A stretch of 64,000 nt of DNA, from positions 186,001-250,000 of the forward strand of contig JAIVFI010000041.1 of the NCBI GenBank assembly GCA_025558095.1. Direction: 5' to 3'. The notes beneath the pieces were generated by a model. It was not told where the DNA came from and did not search any database. It worked only from the letters and a program-made list of their open reading frames with translations. Below are positions 33,768 through 45,309 of this stretch, in pieces; the first letter of the stretch is position 1; every line of letters begins with the position of its first letter. The position numbers were made by a program, and so were the translations under genes. Source of the stretch: Hyaloraphidium curvatum SAG 235-1 (Eukaryota > Fungi > Monoblepharomycota).

Positions 33768-35710
33768 CTAGCCCATTCCGGCCCTGGCGATGGCCACCAA
33801 CGCCGCCCCCACGGCCGGTATCTTTGACCACGCCACGCACATCGTCCCGAACCCCACGAACGAGATGGACGACACCGCGCTCGCCGTCGGGAACGGCACC
33901 AGCAGCGCCGCGGTCCCGATCCCGTGCGCGGTGCCGCCGATCGCCGCGCCGACGACGAGCGGGTCCCAGGCGTCGGCGCGGGAGAGGCGAAGGATCGAGA
34001 GGCCGAAGACGGCGCCGAAGATGCCGGAGCTGACGACCAGGGCGGCGCAGAGGGAGATGTAGGGCATATCGTCCTTGGCGTCGGGCCGGACGTGCTGGCC
34101 GAGGGCGTACTCGACCTGCATGGCAAGCGGCGTCGTGGCGGCCCTGTTTGATCGCAGATAAGCGGGCAGTTAGATGCCGAAGGTGTGCGAATCCTTGCCT
34201 GGGGACTAGAGAAAGCGTGACTGCGGGCTCGCAGAAGAAAAGACGGGCCAATGCAGCGTGGAAGAACATGGAAACCAGACTCGAGATCCCCAGCGTCGCG
34301 CCAAGTTCGACGGGCTGCACAAGAGCGTTCCAACGGGGAAGTCGAGGGCCGGCAACAGCGACTCACGTATCGGAGGAGCACGGCGCGGTGCTCAAACAGC
34401 TTGAAGCCCAACGCCACGACCGCGGCGTCCAGCACGCTCAGCATCACGTCGCCGGCCCCGGGCCATCTCATCTGCTCCGGAGTTGCCGAAAAGAGCCTCG
34501 AAAAGCGAAAGTCGTTGAGGTAGAGGGGGAAGGTGGAGAAGAAGGAGATCCCGAGCGACAGGGAAACAAGGTACAATACAAGCCACATGAGGAGCGTGCA
34601 GGTGAGGAGCGGGTGCAGCAGCAGCTTGGCGCGGTCGGGCAGGGCCATGCCGGCAAAGTAGCTGAGCACGTTGGCGGCACCGAGGAGGATGGTGGTGACC
34701 GCCTTGCCGCTGGCAAAGAAGGCGACGAGGCCGATCGTCAGCAGGATCGTCCACGCCCCCACGTGGAGGAAGAGTGGGCGGGAGCTCGGCTGCTTGGCCG
34801 CCGCGCCGGGTGCCGCGGGCTGGGCGACCACCGAGAACACGCTCCGCCTGCGCGACGAAATGTCTGTCCCGGGGGCGTTCGGGGCGGCGATGTCCAGCTC
34901 GACGGCGTATGGAACATCCGTGATGGGATGCTCGCCGTCGAAAGCAGGCTCGACCGCTCCGGCAGAATAGGCGCTCGCAACGTGTCCTGCCTCTTCGTCA
35001 CCTTCGGAGTCGTAATCGTCGAAGGAAGAAGGGTTCACGGGCGTGGGAAGAGGCCGAGCCAGAAGCGGATCGACCGTGTTGGAGTCTTCGTCTGGGGCCG
35101 GAGCGATCGGGGTGCCCGGTGCTCCAAGGGGTACTTCTTGCCCGGCGGTGGTGCTGGTCGGCAGTCTGCTGTCGGCTGCATCTCCAGCCGCGCCGGGAAA
35201 CAAACGCAGCTTGGCCCGGCGCACGGCTCCAGCGAGGTGGGCGTTGAACGGAATGAAAACAAGCATTCCGATCACTTGACAGACATCAGTGAGGGACTTC
35301 TACGCTGCGCAGAAGGACCTACGGAATATGACGGCGACTTTGATCGCCTCCACGAAACCAATGAACCGTCCGTTCAGTATGACGACGAGGGCGGGGCTGA
35401 AGAAGACTGCCATCCACTTGAGCAGGAAGCACACGCCCGGTTGGAACGCCATCAAGATCTTCGTCATCGTCTTTTGCGGCAGAACACGTTGGAGCAGAAG
35501 CAGCAGCCCAAAGACCAGCAGCATCCCGGTCACGTTGCTTGGGAAGCGGAATCCGACGCGTTCAAAGGCTTTGTCGATCCCCCACATCATCGAGAGGAAG
35601 AGAAAGACGACGGGCGGAGTCATGATCCAATTCTCAAGGAGGCGTCGGCGGTGTTTGAACACATAGCGCCGGAACACGTGTCCGAGTTGAGCAACGCGTC
35701 CGAGGGCCAT
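33768..35710 (-). CDS. LrgA-LrgB (CidAB) fusion membrane transporter, PLGG1-like, multi-exon
   Basis: LrgA-like FPSNVTGMLLVF..LLKWMAVFFSPALV. LrgB-like AAVVALGFKLF, SLVPR, GAAIGGTAHGIGTAALL. Confidence 0.8.
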
Positions 35711-35930
35711 CGTGCCGAGCCATGCGACGCGACTATGGCGTCCTCCGTAAAAGAATCGACAGCGAGAGAGCCGATCGGCGCGGTCGAAGGCGATCCGCCG
35801 CGGGGTGCGAAGGTGCGAAAGTGCAGTTCACAAGTCCAATCGCGGGCGGCGCGGGGACGGACAGCGCGGTCCGAGCGAACTCACTCACCCCAACCCCGCC
35901 GAGCCTCGGCAGCCGCGCGGTGCCGCGGAG

Positions 35931-37776
35931 ATGGCGGAGGTTCAGCCAAAGAAGAGAGCGCCGCGGCGCAAGAAGCCGTCCGCGCAGGAGGAGGTCGTGC
36001 TCGTGGCAGTCGGAGAGAGCGGCACCATCCACGGCCTGCCGACCGAGGTCCTGGAGCAGATCGTCACGTAGGACGCTCGCTGCTCTCTTCCTGCTCTGCA
36101 TGCTGACCCGCGCAGGATGCTGGTGCGGAACCACCCGCGCCATGCGCTCGAGCTGGGCCTCTCGTCGAAGCTCTTCGCCGGCCTCGTGAACTCGTCGCTA
36201 GCGTGGAAGCACATCGCCGAGGCCGCAAAGATCAAGATCCCGAAGGCGACCAAGACCGTCCCGTTCCCGTTCATGACCGCGGTAGCGAGGAACTGGGCGA
36301 AACTGTGCTGGGGGTGCTACCTCCCGAGCAAGGCAGGGGTCTGGCTGCCTTCTCCGGAGTGCGCGCCTTCTCATTCCTTCTGAAACCACTTTTTCTTAGG
36401 ACAAGGTCTCCGTGCAGTATGGGACGCTGGATGCCATTATGCTGTGCACGGCGTGCCGGGTGGCTCGTTGGGATCCCGAAGACGACATCGAGAAGGACAA
36501 GGCCACGAAACCCCTGGAGCGGCTCACGATCTCGAAAACCAAAGCCAAGGAGCAGTTCAAGCTCACGGACAGGGATCTGGCGAAGCTGGATGCCCACGGA
36601 GGTTATCGATTCGACGAGGTCCGGCAGCTCGCGCGGAAGCTCCACGGAGGCGACGAGGGCATCCGTGCCGTGGTTGCGCACACGAAGGAACGCCGCATGC
36701 ACCTGCGCGAGACGCGCGAGGAGAACCGGAAGGAGCGGGCCAGGCTCAGTGCCGAAAGTGAGGCGTTGGTCTGCACTGTGGGATCCCGGGCTCACGCATC
36801 GTTGCAGACCGCACCAAGCGCCAGGAAGCTCTGAAAGCCAAGCTGGCGGAACTCAACCTCGAAGTCGCCCCCTCGAACCCCATGGCCCAGCGCTTCATCG
36901 ACGGATACTACGGACCTTTCGGGCTGCGCAAGGGACAGGTTTACGATGCCGCCTCGGATCCGAACCTGAAGGACACCGTCGACAGGATCGGTAGGTCGCG
37001 GCGAAGCGGCTCTTTGAACCTGCCTAATTGTCGAGCTCAGTCCTATGGGACCGGCTCAGGAAGGAACGGGCCGAGAGCCTGCCCGAGGAGCTCAAGAAGC
37101 ACGGCCTGGAGTTCAGCCCGGACTCGATGTGGTGCGAGGCCTACATCGAGCAGACCCCGTTCAACCCGGTGCAGCTGACCATGGTGGTCAAGGAGCTCAG
37201 TGGGTGATCCTGCCGTTGCTGCCAGCGGCGCGGGCTCACCGTGGACGATCCTCCAGCGGAACTGAAGTGGTTCTTCGAGAAGACAGACTTCCGGAAGCTC
37301 CGTTACGGCGAAGGGAAGGGGGAGGACCGGACTTACCTGAACGACGACGATACCGCGGGCTCATTTTACTCGTATCTCGGGAGGAAGCCGAGGCCGCTCA
37401 GCTTGCTGGGACTGCGCCAGGCTCAGAGCCAGATCATGTCCAAGATGCTCGACGAACGCTTTGCCGCGGGTGGGTGGTTTGAAGCCCGTTCTCATTGACT
37501 TCTGTTGATCTTTGTCCAACACAAGGCAACCGCGAGCGCATCACGAACGAATCGGACGGCTTCGCGGACGCGCCGCAGTGCATCATCGACCGCTTCAACA
37601 CCATGATCGCCACACGCTTGCAGCCCGCGCCGATCCTGATGCCCTTTTTCCCCTTCGGAAACCTACTCGACGCATTTGATGGATACGATTCGGACGGCGG
37701 GTACTCCGACGAATACTCAGACATGGGTCCGGAGGACGTCTGCTCGGTGGGGTCGGAACTGGAATGCGCTTCGTGA
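35931..37776 (+). CDS. hypothetical protein: F-box-like N-terminus, CxxC..CxxC finger, XPA-C-like helical region; multi-exon
   Basis: IHGLPTEVLEQIV, CWGC...CTAC, ISKTKAKEQFKLTDRDL..YRFDEVRQLARKLHGG. Several GT-AG introns; boundaries approximate. Confidence 0.6.
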
Positions 37777-37864
37777 ACGCTGCTCATTCTCTGGCCGCAG
37801 ATTATGTGATTCATAACAAGCACGCCGTGCCTATGGTACATCGACAATAGACCATATTTTTGCT

Positions 37865-38920
37865 CTAGTGCTTTGCCTCCGCGACCAGCGTCGTGGAACC
37901 CGCGACGAGCTCCGATGACGTCGGCAGGCCTGCCTCCTTGAGCGCCGCCGCCATCCGGTTCGGATAGTCCGTGAAGATGCCGGTGACTACCTTGGCATCG
38001 ATCATGGCCTTCATTCTGGCCTGGACATTCTCGGTCCACACGTTGACCCCCATCCCGGCCGCGATGCAGCCCTTCATGAAGCCAGCCGAGTCCAGCGTGC
38101 CGTCAACGTGGTTGAAGCCGACCGTGTCCGAATCCCCGAGGCAGCCGGGGTTGTACGCGTCGGCGTCGATGAGCTCCAGGTACTCGACGCACTTGCCCGG
38201 GCGGTCCGAAAAGAGCGCCGCCACGGGGATCGCATGCGGGTCCTTGAGCGTGGCGGCCATGTGCTCGCGGGCCACCGTCACCTGGTGGTGGTCGAAGCAC
38301 GACAGGAGGACCCGGTCGGTGCACTTGAGCTTGGCCACGAGGTCGATGATCTTCTGGGTCAGGCCGGGGTACATCCGGGGCAGCATCTTGATCTCGATGT
38401 TAACCATGGCCGTGTCGGAACGCGAAAAGACGGCCATGAGGCTCTCCTCCAACGTAGGAAGCCGCACTTCGCCCGAGGAGTACAGCTTCTGGTCCGCCTC
38501 GGGGATGTACGCCGCGATCTCCTCGTCGGTCAGGGTCTGCAGGAACCACTGCCGCTTGGCAGGGGGCAGCTTGATCTGCTCGACGAACCAGGAGCCGGCA
38601 TCGAGCGTCTTCAGCTGCGCGAGCGTAAAGTCGGAGACGTAGTAGCTTTTGGCGCCGGGGAACTTGGTGAGCACGTCCGGCGTGGTGCGCTTGAGGTCGT
38701 CGTCGTGCACGACCACCAGCTCGCCGTCCTTGGTGAGGTGCACGTCCAGTTCGACGGCGGGGCAGCCAAAGAGCTCGATGCCCTTCAGGAAGGCCGGGAT
38801 GGTGTTCTCCGGCGCAAAGGCGCGCGCCCCGCGGTGCGCGATGTTCAGGACGGGAGGCAGCCGCACCGCGGTTTGCGCAGCGGAACCGTTGCCGCGTTTG
38901 CGGATCAGCGGGTTCGGCAT
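37865..38920 (-). CDS. glycerophosphodiester phosphodiesterase (GDPD)
   Basis: [56 protein letters not shown]. Intronless. Confidence 0.93.
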   Translation of the reverse strand: MPNPLIRKRGNGSAAQTAVRLPPVLNIAHRGARAFAPENTIPAFLKGIELFGCPAVELDVHLTKDGELVVVHDDDLKRTTPDVLTKFPGAKSYYVSDFTLAQLKTLDAGSWFVEQIKLPPAKRQWFLQTLTDEEIAAYIPEADQKLYSSGEVRLPTLEESLMAVFSRSDTAMVNIEIKMLPRMYPGLTQKIIDLVAKLKCTDRVLLSCFDHHQVTVAREHMAATLKDPHAIPVAALFSDRPGKCVEYLELIDADAYNPGCLGDSDTVGFNHVDGTLDSAGFMKGCIAAGMGVNVWTENVQARMKAMIDAKVVTGIFTDYPNRMAAALKEAGLPTSSELVAGSTTLVAEAKH

Positions 38921-39176
38921 CGCTAAAGGCTCGGTAGCGATGGGCCGAAAAGAGTTGTTCAGGGACCTTCGATTCCGCAGGCCGCGGTGGTCGTGCGCAG
39001 GGGCGTGAGTCGGCCAGCTGTTGAACGTCGCGCGGATCACGTCCCCCTCCCTTTGGGGTTCAACACGCCGTGCTCTTGCGCGGCGTTCTTCTCTTGATTT
39101 AAATCTGCTTCATCTGACAGCGCTTGGACGCGTCTGAACCCGTCAAGCCGTCTCCGGGACCGGGAAGCGGGTCACC

Positions 39177-40640
39177 ATGGCCGATGTCTCCCGCACCGGC
39201 GGGGGTCAAAACGTCGCGTATCCAGCATACGATCGCACGAAAGTGACTCCTGGCATTGTCCACATCGGTCTAGGCAACTTCTCGCGGGCCCACCTTTCAT
39301 GCTATCTGGATGACTTGTTCGCGGCAGGAGGTGAATGCTGTTGGGGCATTCTTGGAGCCGGTGTTCGGGAGGCCGATGCGAGAATGAGGGACGCCTTGCT
39401 TGCGCAGGACTGCATGTCGACCCTCATCGAGCTGGATCCCTCGGGCACCCGCGCCCGGCGCCTCGGCTCCGTGGTTGGCTTCATCGAGGTCGATCCGGAC
39501 AATGCCGCGCTCATCGCCGCCATGTCGCGGCCCGAAATCAAGATCGTCAGCCTGACTGTCACTGAGGGCGGATATTTCGTTGATCCCGCGACCGGAACCT
39601 TTGATCCGAGGCATCCAGACATCGTGGCGGACGCGAGAAAACCAGACCGGCCACGGACGGCTTTCGGTGCGATCGTCGCTGCTCTTCAAAGGCGGCGCGA
39701 TCACGGCACCGTGCCGTTCACCATCATGTCTTGCGATAATCTCCCGGGCAACGGGGATGTCGCCAAGGCTGCCGTTTGCGGCCTGGCACAGCTTTCCGAT
39801 CCCCACCTGGCCTCGTGGATCGAAGCCAATGTGGCGTTTCCGAACAGCATGGTCGATCGGATAACCCCGGCCACGGGCAAGCGGGAACGTGATCTGGCAC
39901 GGACATTTGGTCTCGACGATGCCGTGCCCGTCACCTGCGAGCCTTTCCGACAGTGGGTGCTGGAGGACAAGTTCTGCGCTGGTAGGCCTCGCCTGGAAGA
40001 CGTCGGCGTCGTCTTCACCGAGCACGTTCACGACTTCGAGACCATGAAGATCCGCATCTTGAACGGCGGACATGCCATTATTGCCTACGCCGGCGGGCTT
40101 CTGGACATCGAGCTGGTTCATGAGGCGATGTCCGATCCGCTGATTGCGGGGTTCTTGGCCAAGCTGGAGAAGGAGGAGATCCTGCCTATCGTGCCGCCTG
40201 TGCCAAACACTGACCTCGGCGACTACCTGGCCCTGATCATCGGCCGCTTCTCGAACCCGGAAGTTGGAGACACGATCCGCCGGCTCTGTCTTGACGGCTC
40301 GAGCCGGCAGCCGAAATTCATCATTCCGTCGATCCGGGACAACCTGAAGCGCGGCATTATTCCGCGCGGCCTGATTTTGGAGAGCGCACTGTGGTGCCGA
40401 TATTGCGCAGGCGCTACGGATTCCGGATCGGAGATCGAGCCCAATGATCCGAACTGGGACCGGCTCCAGACGGTGGCGCGGAGGGCGAGATCGGATCCCG
40501 CCGCGTGGCTCGCGATGGACGACATCTACGGCGAAGTCGGCCGCGATCGACGAGTCGCGGAGGTCTTCGCCTCGTTTCTGAACGATCTGGACAGTCGTGG
40601 GGCGCGTGCTGTGCTTCAAGACTTCCTCGACTCGAAGTAG
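39177..40640 (+). CDS. mtlK: mannitol 2-dehydrogenase (long-chain polyol dehydrogenase, bacterial MtlK-like)
   Basis: GIVHIGLGNFSRAH, IVSLTVTEGGY, MSCDNLPGNG, FPNSMVDRITP, EPFRQWVLED, MKIRILNGGH, RFSNP..DT. Intronless. Confidence 0.9.
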   Translation: MADVSRTGGGQNVAYPAYDRTKVTPGIVHIGLGNFSRAHLSCYLDDLFAAGGECCWGILGAGVREADARMRDALLAQDCMSTLIELDPSGTRARRLGSVVGFIEVDPDNAALIAAMSRPEIKIVSLTVTEGGYFVDPATGTFDPRHPDIVADARKPDRPRTAFGAIVAALQRRRDHGTVPFTIMSCDNLPGNGDVAKAAVCGLAQLSDPHLASWIEANVAFPNSMVDRITPATGKRERDLARTFGLDDAVPVTCEPFRQWVLEDKFCAGRPRLEDVGVVFTEHVHDFETMKIRILNGGHAIIAYAGGLLDIELVHEAMSDPLIAGFLAKLEKEEILPIVPPVPNTDLGDYLALIIGRFSNPEVGDTIRRLCLDGSSRQPKFIIPSIRDNLKRGIIPRGLILESALWCRYCAGATDSGSEIEPNDPNWDRLQTVARRARSDPAAWLAMDDIYGEVGRDRRVAEVFASFLNDLDSRGARAVLQDFLDSK

Positions 40641-40750
40641 CTTCGTTCAGCGTCCCTCTTCCGTCGGCTGAATGGACGTAGATGGCGTACGGTGGTGTGT
40701 GCATGCGGTATAGATGATGTCGGCGCCGCGAACTGTCAACTAGAATCGCG

Positions 40751-42718
40751 ATGGCGACTTTCGAGCCCTTCTCTGAGGCATTACGCGATGACAGCGACTC
40801 GAGCAGCAGGAACCCGCCTGCTCCAGCCCCGGAAGCAGCGGTCCAGGGCGACCGATTGGACCGCGCGGAGCGTGTGCTCCCCGGTACTGCCGACGCGTCA
40901 CGGACCCCATCGCTCCTACGCTCGGTGACATCGGCCATCTACGACGGCTTTTCGAGATTGAACTCGTATATAAGAGGACCTCCTCGGGGCCCGTTTCGGA
41001 GGATCCTTGTCGTGGGCGGAGGTTATGCTGGAATCGCGGTCGTCCGACAACTCGAGAGCCTCGCTGTCTCGAAGCACAGGTTGAACGTCGAGATCGTGCT
41101 CCTGGAGCGCCGTGATTCCTTTTTCCATTGCATTGCGGCCGTCAGGGCGCTCACCGAGCCGGGCTACGCGGAAAAGCTCTGGATTCGCTACGACAGAGTC
41201 TTCGCGGCCGATTCCCGTGGCGTCCTCATGACGGGCACCGAAGTTCTCGAGGTTCACCCTTCCTACGTACTCGCGCGTCAGTTTTCTTTAGATGACGACT
41301 CCTTGCACCACGTAGAAGTTCCCTATGACTATTTGGTCATCGCGACAGGACTGCCGAACCGGATCCCAGCACGTTTCCCTCCTTCCTTTGTGACATCAAA
41401 CTCGGCCATTGAGCTTCAGCGGGCCATTTACGAAAAGCTGAATTCTGAAGCCGTCTCCACCGTGCTGGTTGTCGGGGGCGGTGGTGTTGGTGTGGAATGC
41501 TCCGGCGAACTGGCCAGCTTCTTTGGCGACAGAAAACGCATCGTGCTCGTCGAGAAGATGGCCACCCTATTGCCCGGAAAGGGTATCACCGACGATTTGC
41601 GGAACAGCATACATCAGCGGCTGGGCGCTTTGGGTGTCGAAATCCTCGTGGGCTGGGAGGTCATCGAGGATCCTTCGCGGCCGAAGGAAGATTTGACGGA
41701 CGCGGAGTACCATGAGCTTGGTGTGGAACTCTTCAAAGGATGTGGCAAGCTATGGTTCGAGCAGCACGGCTTCGTTGGTGGGCAGGCTAGAAGGATTCAT
41801 TTGCGACGGCCGGCGTGGTGGCTCGAGGCCCGGGCTCGCGCTGCGGAATCTGGGGACGATCCTGGGGAACCGAATGAATCGGACGGTCCTGCAGTGGAGC
41901 TGGACAGAGAGACGGAGACCTTCATCGACTGCGACATGCAGCTGATCTTCACCGGAAACCTCCCGCCCAGCGTTCCCGTTCTCGCTTTTCCAAAGCTTCA
42001 CGACAGCGGCGAAGAAGACTCGCCCACGATGCGGCCGAGCGATCCACCCGAACAACCCCCTGATTCGGAAGAGCTGATCACGTCTGGAGACGACGGAGCG
42101 GCGGTGATCTCGCCACCGATCCTTACTGGCCCGATTCCACACGAGCCCCACACATCCCCTTGGCTGCATCCCGTGACATTCGAGCTGCGCGTCAACAGCC
42201 ACCTCCAGCTGGAATCGTCTGCTCCCAAGGCATTCCCTACACCGCACGTCTTTGCCGTCGGCGACGTCTGCGGGGTCTCGGCTCCCAAGCTCGCGTGGTC
42301 GGCCAAGAGCCAAGCAAAGGTCGTGGCGGCCAACATCGTTAAGCTCATCCGCGAAGAGGGGCGATTCGGCATCGCAGGAGCCGCAGAAGAGCCCGATCAG
42401 AGCTTCCCGGTCGACGAAGACGACTCTGTGGGATCCAATGTCGGCAGTCAGCCGACCACTGCGGAGGATCTGAGGAACCCGTCATCGGCGACCTTTCTGC
42501 CGAGGCGCCTGGAATTCTTGGCATCCGTATCGGCCGATCTCGAAGAGTACGCTGACTACGAGGGCGCGTCGGACCCCGTCGGCCTCATTGTTATGCTCGG
42601 ACGCACGGGCGGAGTGGCGCAGATGCCCGTCCTCGGGCTTTTGGGCGACTCCTTCGTTTCCATGGTCAAGGCGCGCGACGGCGGACTGGGCTGGCAGCTG
42701 AAGGAGATGGGATACTAG
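40751..42718 (+). CDS. FAD/NAD(P)H oxidoreductase, AIF-M2/AMID/FSP1-like
   Basis: ILVVGGGYAG, YDYLVIATG, VLVVGGGGVGVECSGE, VFAVGD, AKVVAANI. Several acidic insertions. Confidence 0.85.
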   Translation: MATFEPFSEALRDDSDSSSRNPPAPAPEAAVQGDRLDRAERVLPGTADASRTPSLLRSVTSAIYDGFSRLNSYIRGPPRGPFRRILVVGGGYAGIAVVRQLESLAVSKHRLNVEIVLLERRDSFFHCIAAVRALTEPGYAEKLWIRYDRVFAADSRGVLMTGTEVLEVHPSYVLARQFSLDDDSLHHVEVPYDYLVIATGLPNRIPARFPPSFVTSNSAIELQRAIYEKLNSEAVSTVLVVGGGGVGVECSGELASFFGDRKRIVLVEKMATLLPGKGITDDLRNSIHQRLGALGVEILVGWEVIEDPSRPKEDLTDAEYHELGVELFKGCGKLWFEQHGFVGGQARRIHLRRPAWWLEARARAAESGDDPGEPNESDGPAVELDRETETFIDCDMQLIFTGNLPPSVPVLAFPKLHDSGEEDSPTMRPSDPPEQPPDSEELITSGDDGAAVISPPILTGPIPHEPHTSPWLHPVTFELRVNSHLQLESSAPKAFPTPHVFAVGDVCGVSAPKLAWSAKSQAKVVAANIVKLIREEGRFGIAGAAEEPDQSFPVDEDDSVGSNVGSQPTTAEDLRNPSSATFLPRRLEFLASVSADLEEYADYEGASDPVGLIVMLGRTGGVAQMPVLGLLGDSFVSMVKARDGGLGWQLKEMGY

Positions 42719-42883
42719 TTTTCTTGATTGTACGCCCTTACTTTCGATGGGCGGGATGACTCAATGTGTGACCGCTCGGCACCGGGTGAATTTTCCAATC
42801 CGCGTCCCCCGCCCCACGCCGCTCCTTCCTGTCAAGAAGGCGAGCCACGAAGGCACACACCGGTTGAGCACCTTGGCGTCATC

Positions 42884-45014
42884 ATGGCCTCGATGCGGTC
42901 GTTCACCAAGGCCGAGGTGGCGAGCCACAACCGTGAGGAGGACCTCGTGAGTGTCGACCAGACCCACTCGTTCGCAGCACTCGAGCTGCGAAGCTGACTT
43001 GGTCCGGCAGTGGGTCATCATCGACGGAGGAGTGTACGACATCACGAAGTTCCTCGCTGCCCATCCCGGCGGCAAGAACGTGTTGGTTCGGCGCGCTGGA
43101 ACGGACGCCAGCGAGGACTTTGCGCAGTGGCACGACCCTATGGTGCTCACGCGAGTCGCCAAGAAGTTCTTGATCGGTCGTATCGCTGGAACCCTCCCCG
43201 AGGCTGCTGCTTCGACGGCGGTCGCCCCTGCTCCTCCGCAGGCGGCCGCTGTCCGGGTGACCAAGCAGGCGACTTCGGTCCCTGTTCCTCCCCCCATGTT
43301 CGACCAGGCGGTGAGTTCGCTCTAAATACTGAATCAACACGGACCTTATCTTCTTTGCTCGTCACAGCCGTTTGCGGAGCCCGCTTGGGAACAGCAGCTC
43401 ACCCCATTCTCGCCCTACTACAACGAATCTCATGTGCGCCTCCGGGACTGGCTGCGAAACTATGTTCGCAACAGCGATTGGAATGCCCGCGCCGAGGAGA
43501 TTGAGGCCGTGGTGAAGGCGGGCGGCTGCCCGGACAAACGTGCCTTCCTGGAGCCGGGCGAGCTCGGCCTCACGCGTGCGCTGACGGGCAAGGTCGCCTG
43601 GCTCGCGGACGACGAGTATCCGGGCAAGCTGCCCGCGCTGCCGTGCGGGATCAAGCCGGACGAGTTCGACATGTTCCACTGCCTCATCGTTTGGGACGAG
43701 CTCTCCATGTCGCCCCTGACCGGCCTCAACAACTCCCAACCTTACGGTGTGGTTCCTCTGATGCGGTTTGGCTCGCCCCACCTGCGCCAGACCGTCGTGC
43801 CGGAGATCTTTTGGGGGCGCAAGACCATCGCGATCGCGATCACCGAGCCCGGGGCCGGCTCGGACGTCAGCAACATTCAGAGCACCGCGAAGTTGACTGA
43901 CGATGGCAAGTTCTGGAAGATCACGGGCGAGAAGGTGTGTTTGTGGGCGTGACATTCAACAATCCCGGGTTTCTGAGGCTCGGGTTTCTTTGATTGACAG
44001 AAATGGATCACGAACGGCGTCTGGGCTGGTGAGATCTGCTCCTAATCTTCGTTGCTGGACTTCATTGATGGTCTTTCCCCGACAGATTACTTCATGACGG
44101 TGGTCCGAACGGGAGGAGAGGGCCCGAACGGAATCAGGTTCGCGGCGCGACCCGACCGCTTGTGGGGTGACTGACAATCGGCGTCTCCCAGCATTCTCCT
44201 CGTTCCCCGTAGCGACAAGGTCAAGGTCCGGCCCCTGGAGACGTCTGGCGGTGTGTTGAGTGGGACGAGCTTCGTCAGCTTTGAGGAGGCCCTTTGCCCT
44301 GTGGAGAACGTGCTTGGTGAACTGAACAGGGGTTTCAAGGCTTTGCTCACCAACTTTAACCACGAGAGGTGGGTTCTGCCCCGTGTGGACGTCTCCTTTC
44401 GGTCCTTTTGCTGACGATTGCTACAGGTGGACGATTTGCGTGTCCTCGCTTCGGAGCTCGAGGGTCTGCCTTGCCGATGCCTTGCACTATGCCAACAAGC
44501 GCAAGACTTTCGGCAAGCGTCTCATCGATCACACCATTCTTAGGGACAAGTTTGCGCGTACGTGCCGGGCGCTTTGCTAACGTGTGCGGCTTCTAACCTT
44601 GTGTTGTTTTCCTCAGATATGGCCCGCGCGATCGAATCGTCCCATGCTTGGCTGGAGCACCTCACGTACCAGATGGTAGTCATGCCCGAGGAGCTGCAGG
44701 GCGAGCGGCTCGGCGGCGCCCTTGCGCTGCTCAAGCTGCAGTGCACTCGCACATTGGAGCTCTGCGCGCGCGAGGCGCAGCAGATTCTCGGTGGCATCGG
44801 CGTGACCAGGGGCGGGTGAGTGTTGGCGCTTTCGATTTGGTCTTGGACTCGACGTTGATTGCTTTCCGTGCCATTTAGACAAGGCGGCAGGATCGAGAAG
44901 ATCTCGCGCAGCCTGCGGGCGTCAGCCGTTGCCGGAGGCAGCGAGGAAGTGATGGGAGATTTCGGGGTTCGCCAGAGCCTGAAGGTTGCGCAGTCTCTTG
45001 GCGCAAAGGTGTAG
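42884..45014 (+). CDS. cytochrome b5 - acyl-CoA dehydrogenase fusion, multi-exon
   Basis: EVASHN..|WVIIDGGVYDITKFLAAHPGG..AGTDASEDF..WH (b5 domain). ACAD motifs IAITEPGAGSDV, KWITNG, FNHER, YANKRKTFGK, EAQQILGGIG, GGSEEVM. Confidence 0.9.
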
Positions 45015-45309
45015 TGTAGAGTCGATTATGGCCACGCCAACTTCCTCCTCCTCCTTCCGGTTGGGTCGTACTGTTTTGCTTGGTTCGACCAACATCCAAA
45101 GCAAATATGCACCGGCATACACCAATTCCTAATTGAACTGCTGTTGTTGAGCTAGCCCAGTTCGTTTCGGGCCATGATGCTGCTGCGGCGCGGCGGAGTC
45201 GCGGCTAAAGGGCTGACCGGTCACGCGGGGCCCCTGTCAAACTCCGTCCTCGCGCATCGAGGTCAGAAGGCCTTCGGTCGGCCCTCCGCTTCCTCCATCG
45301 TGCGCGGTG

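Noticed and set aside
37865-42718. Bacterial contaminant or operon
   Set aside because: The orientations are not operon-like, no ribosome-binding sites are evident, and the region is contiguous with intron-containing genes on both sides. HGT is retained only as a hypothesis.
42884-45014. Cytochrome b5-ACAD fusion as a novelty
   Set aside because: This architecture is already well known in fungi.
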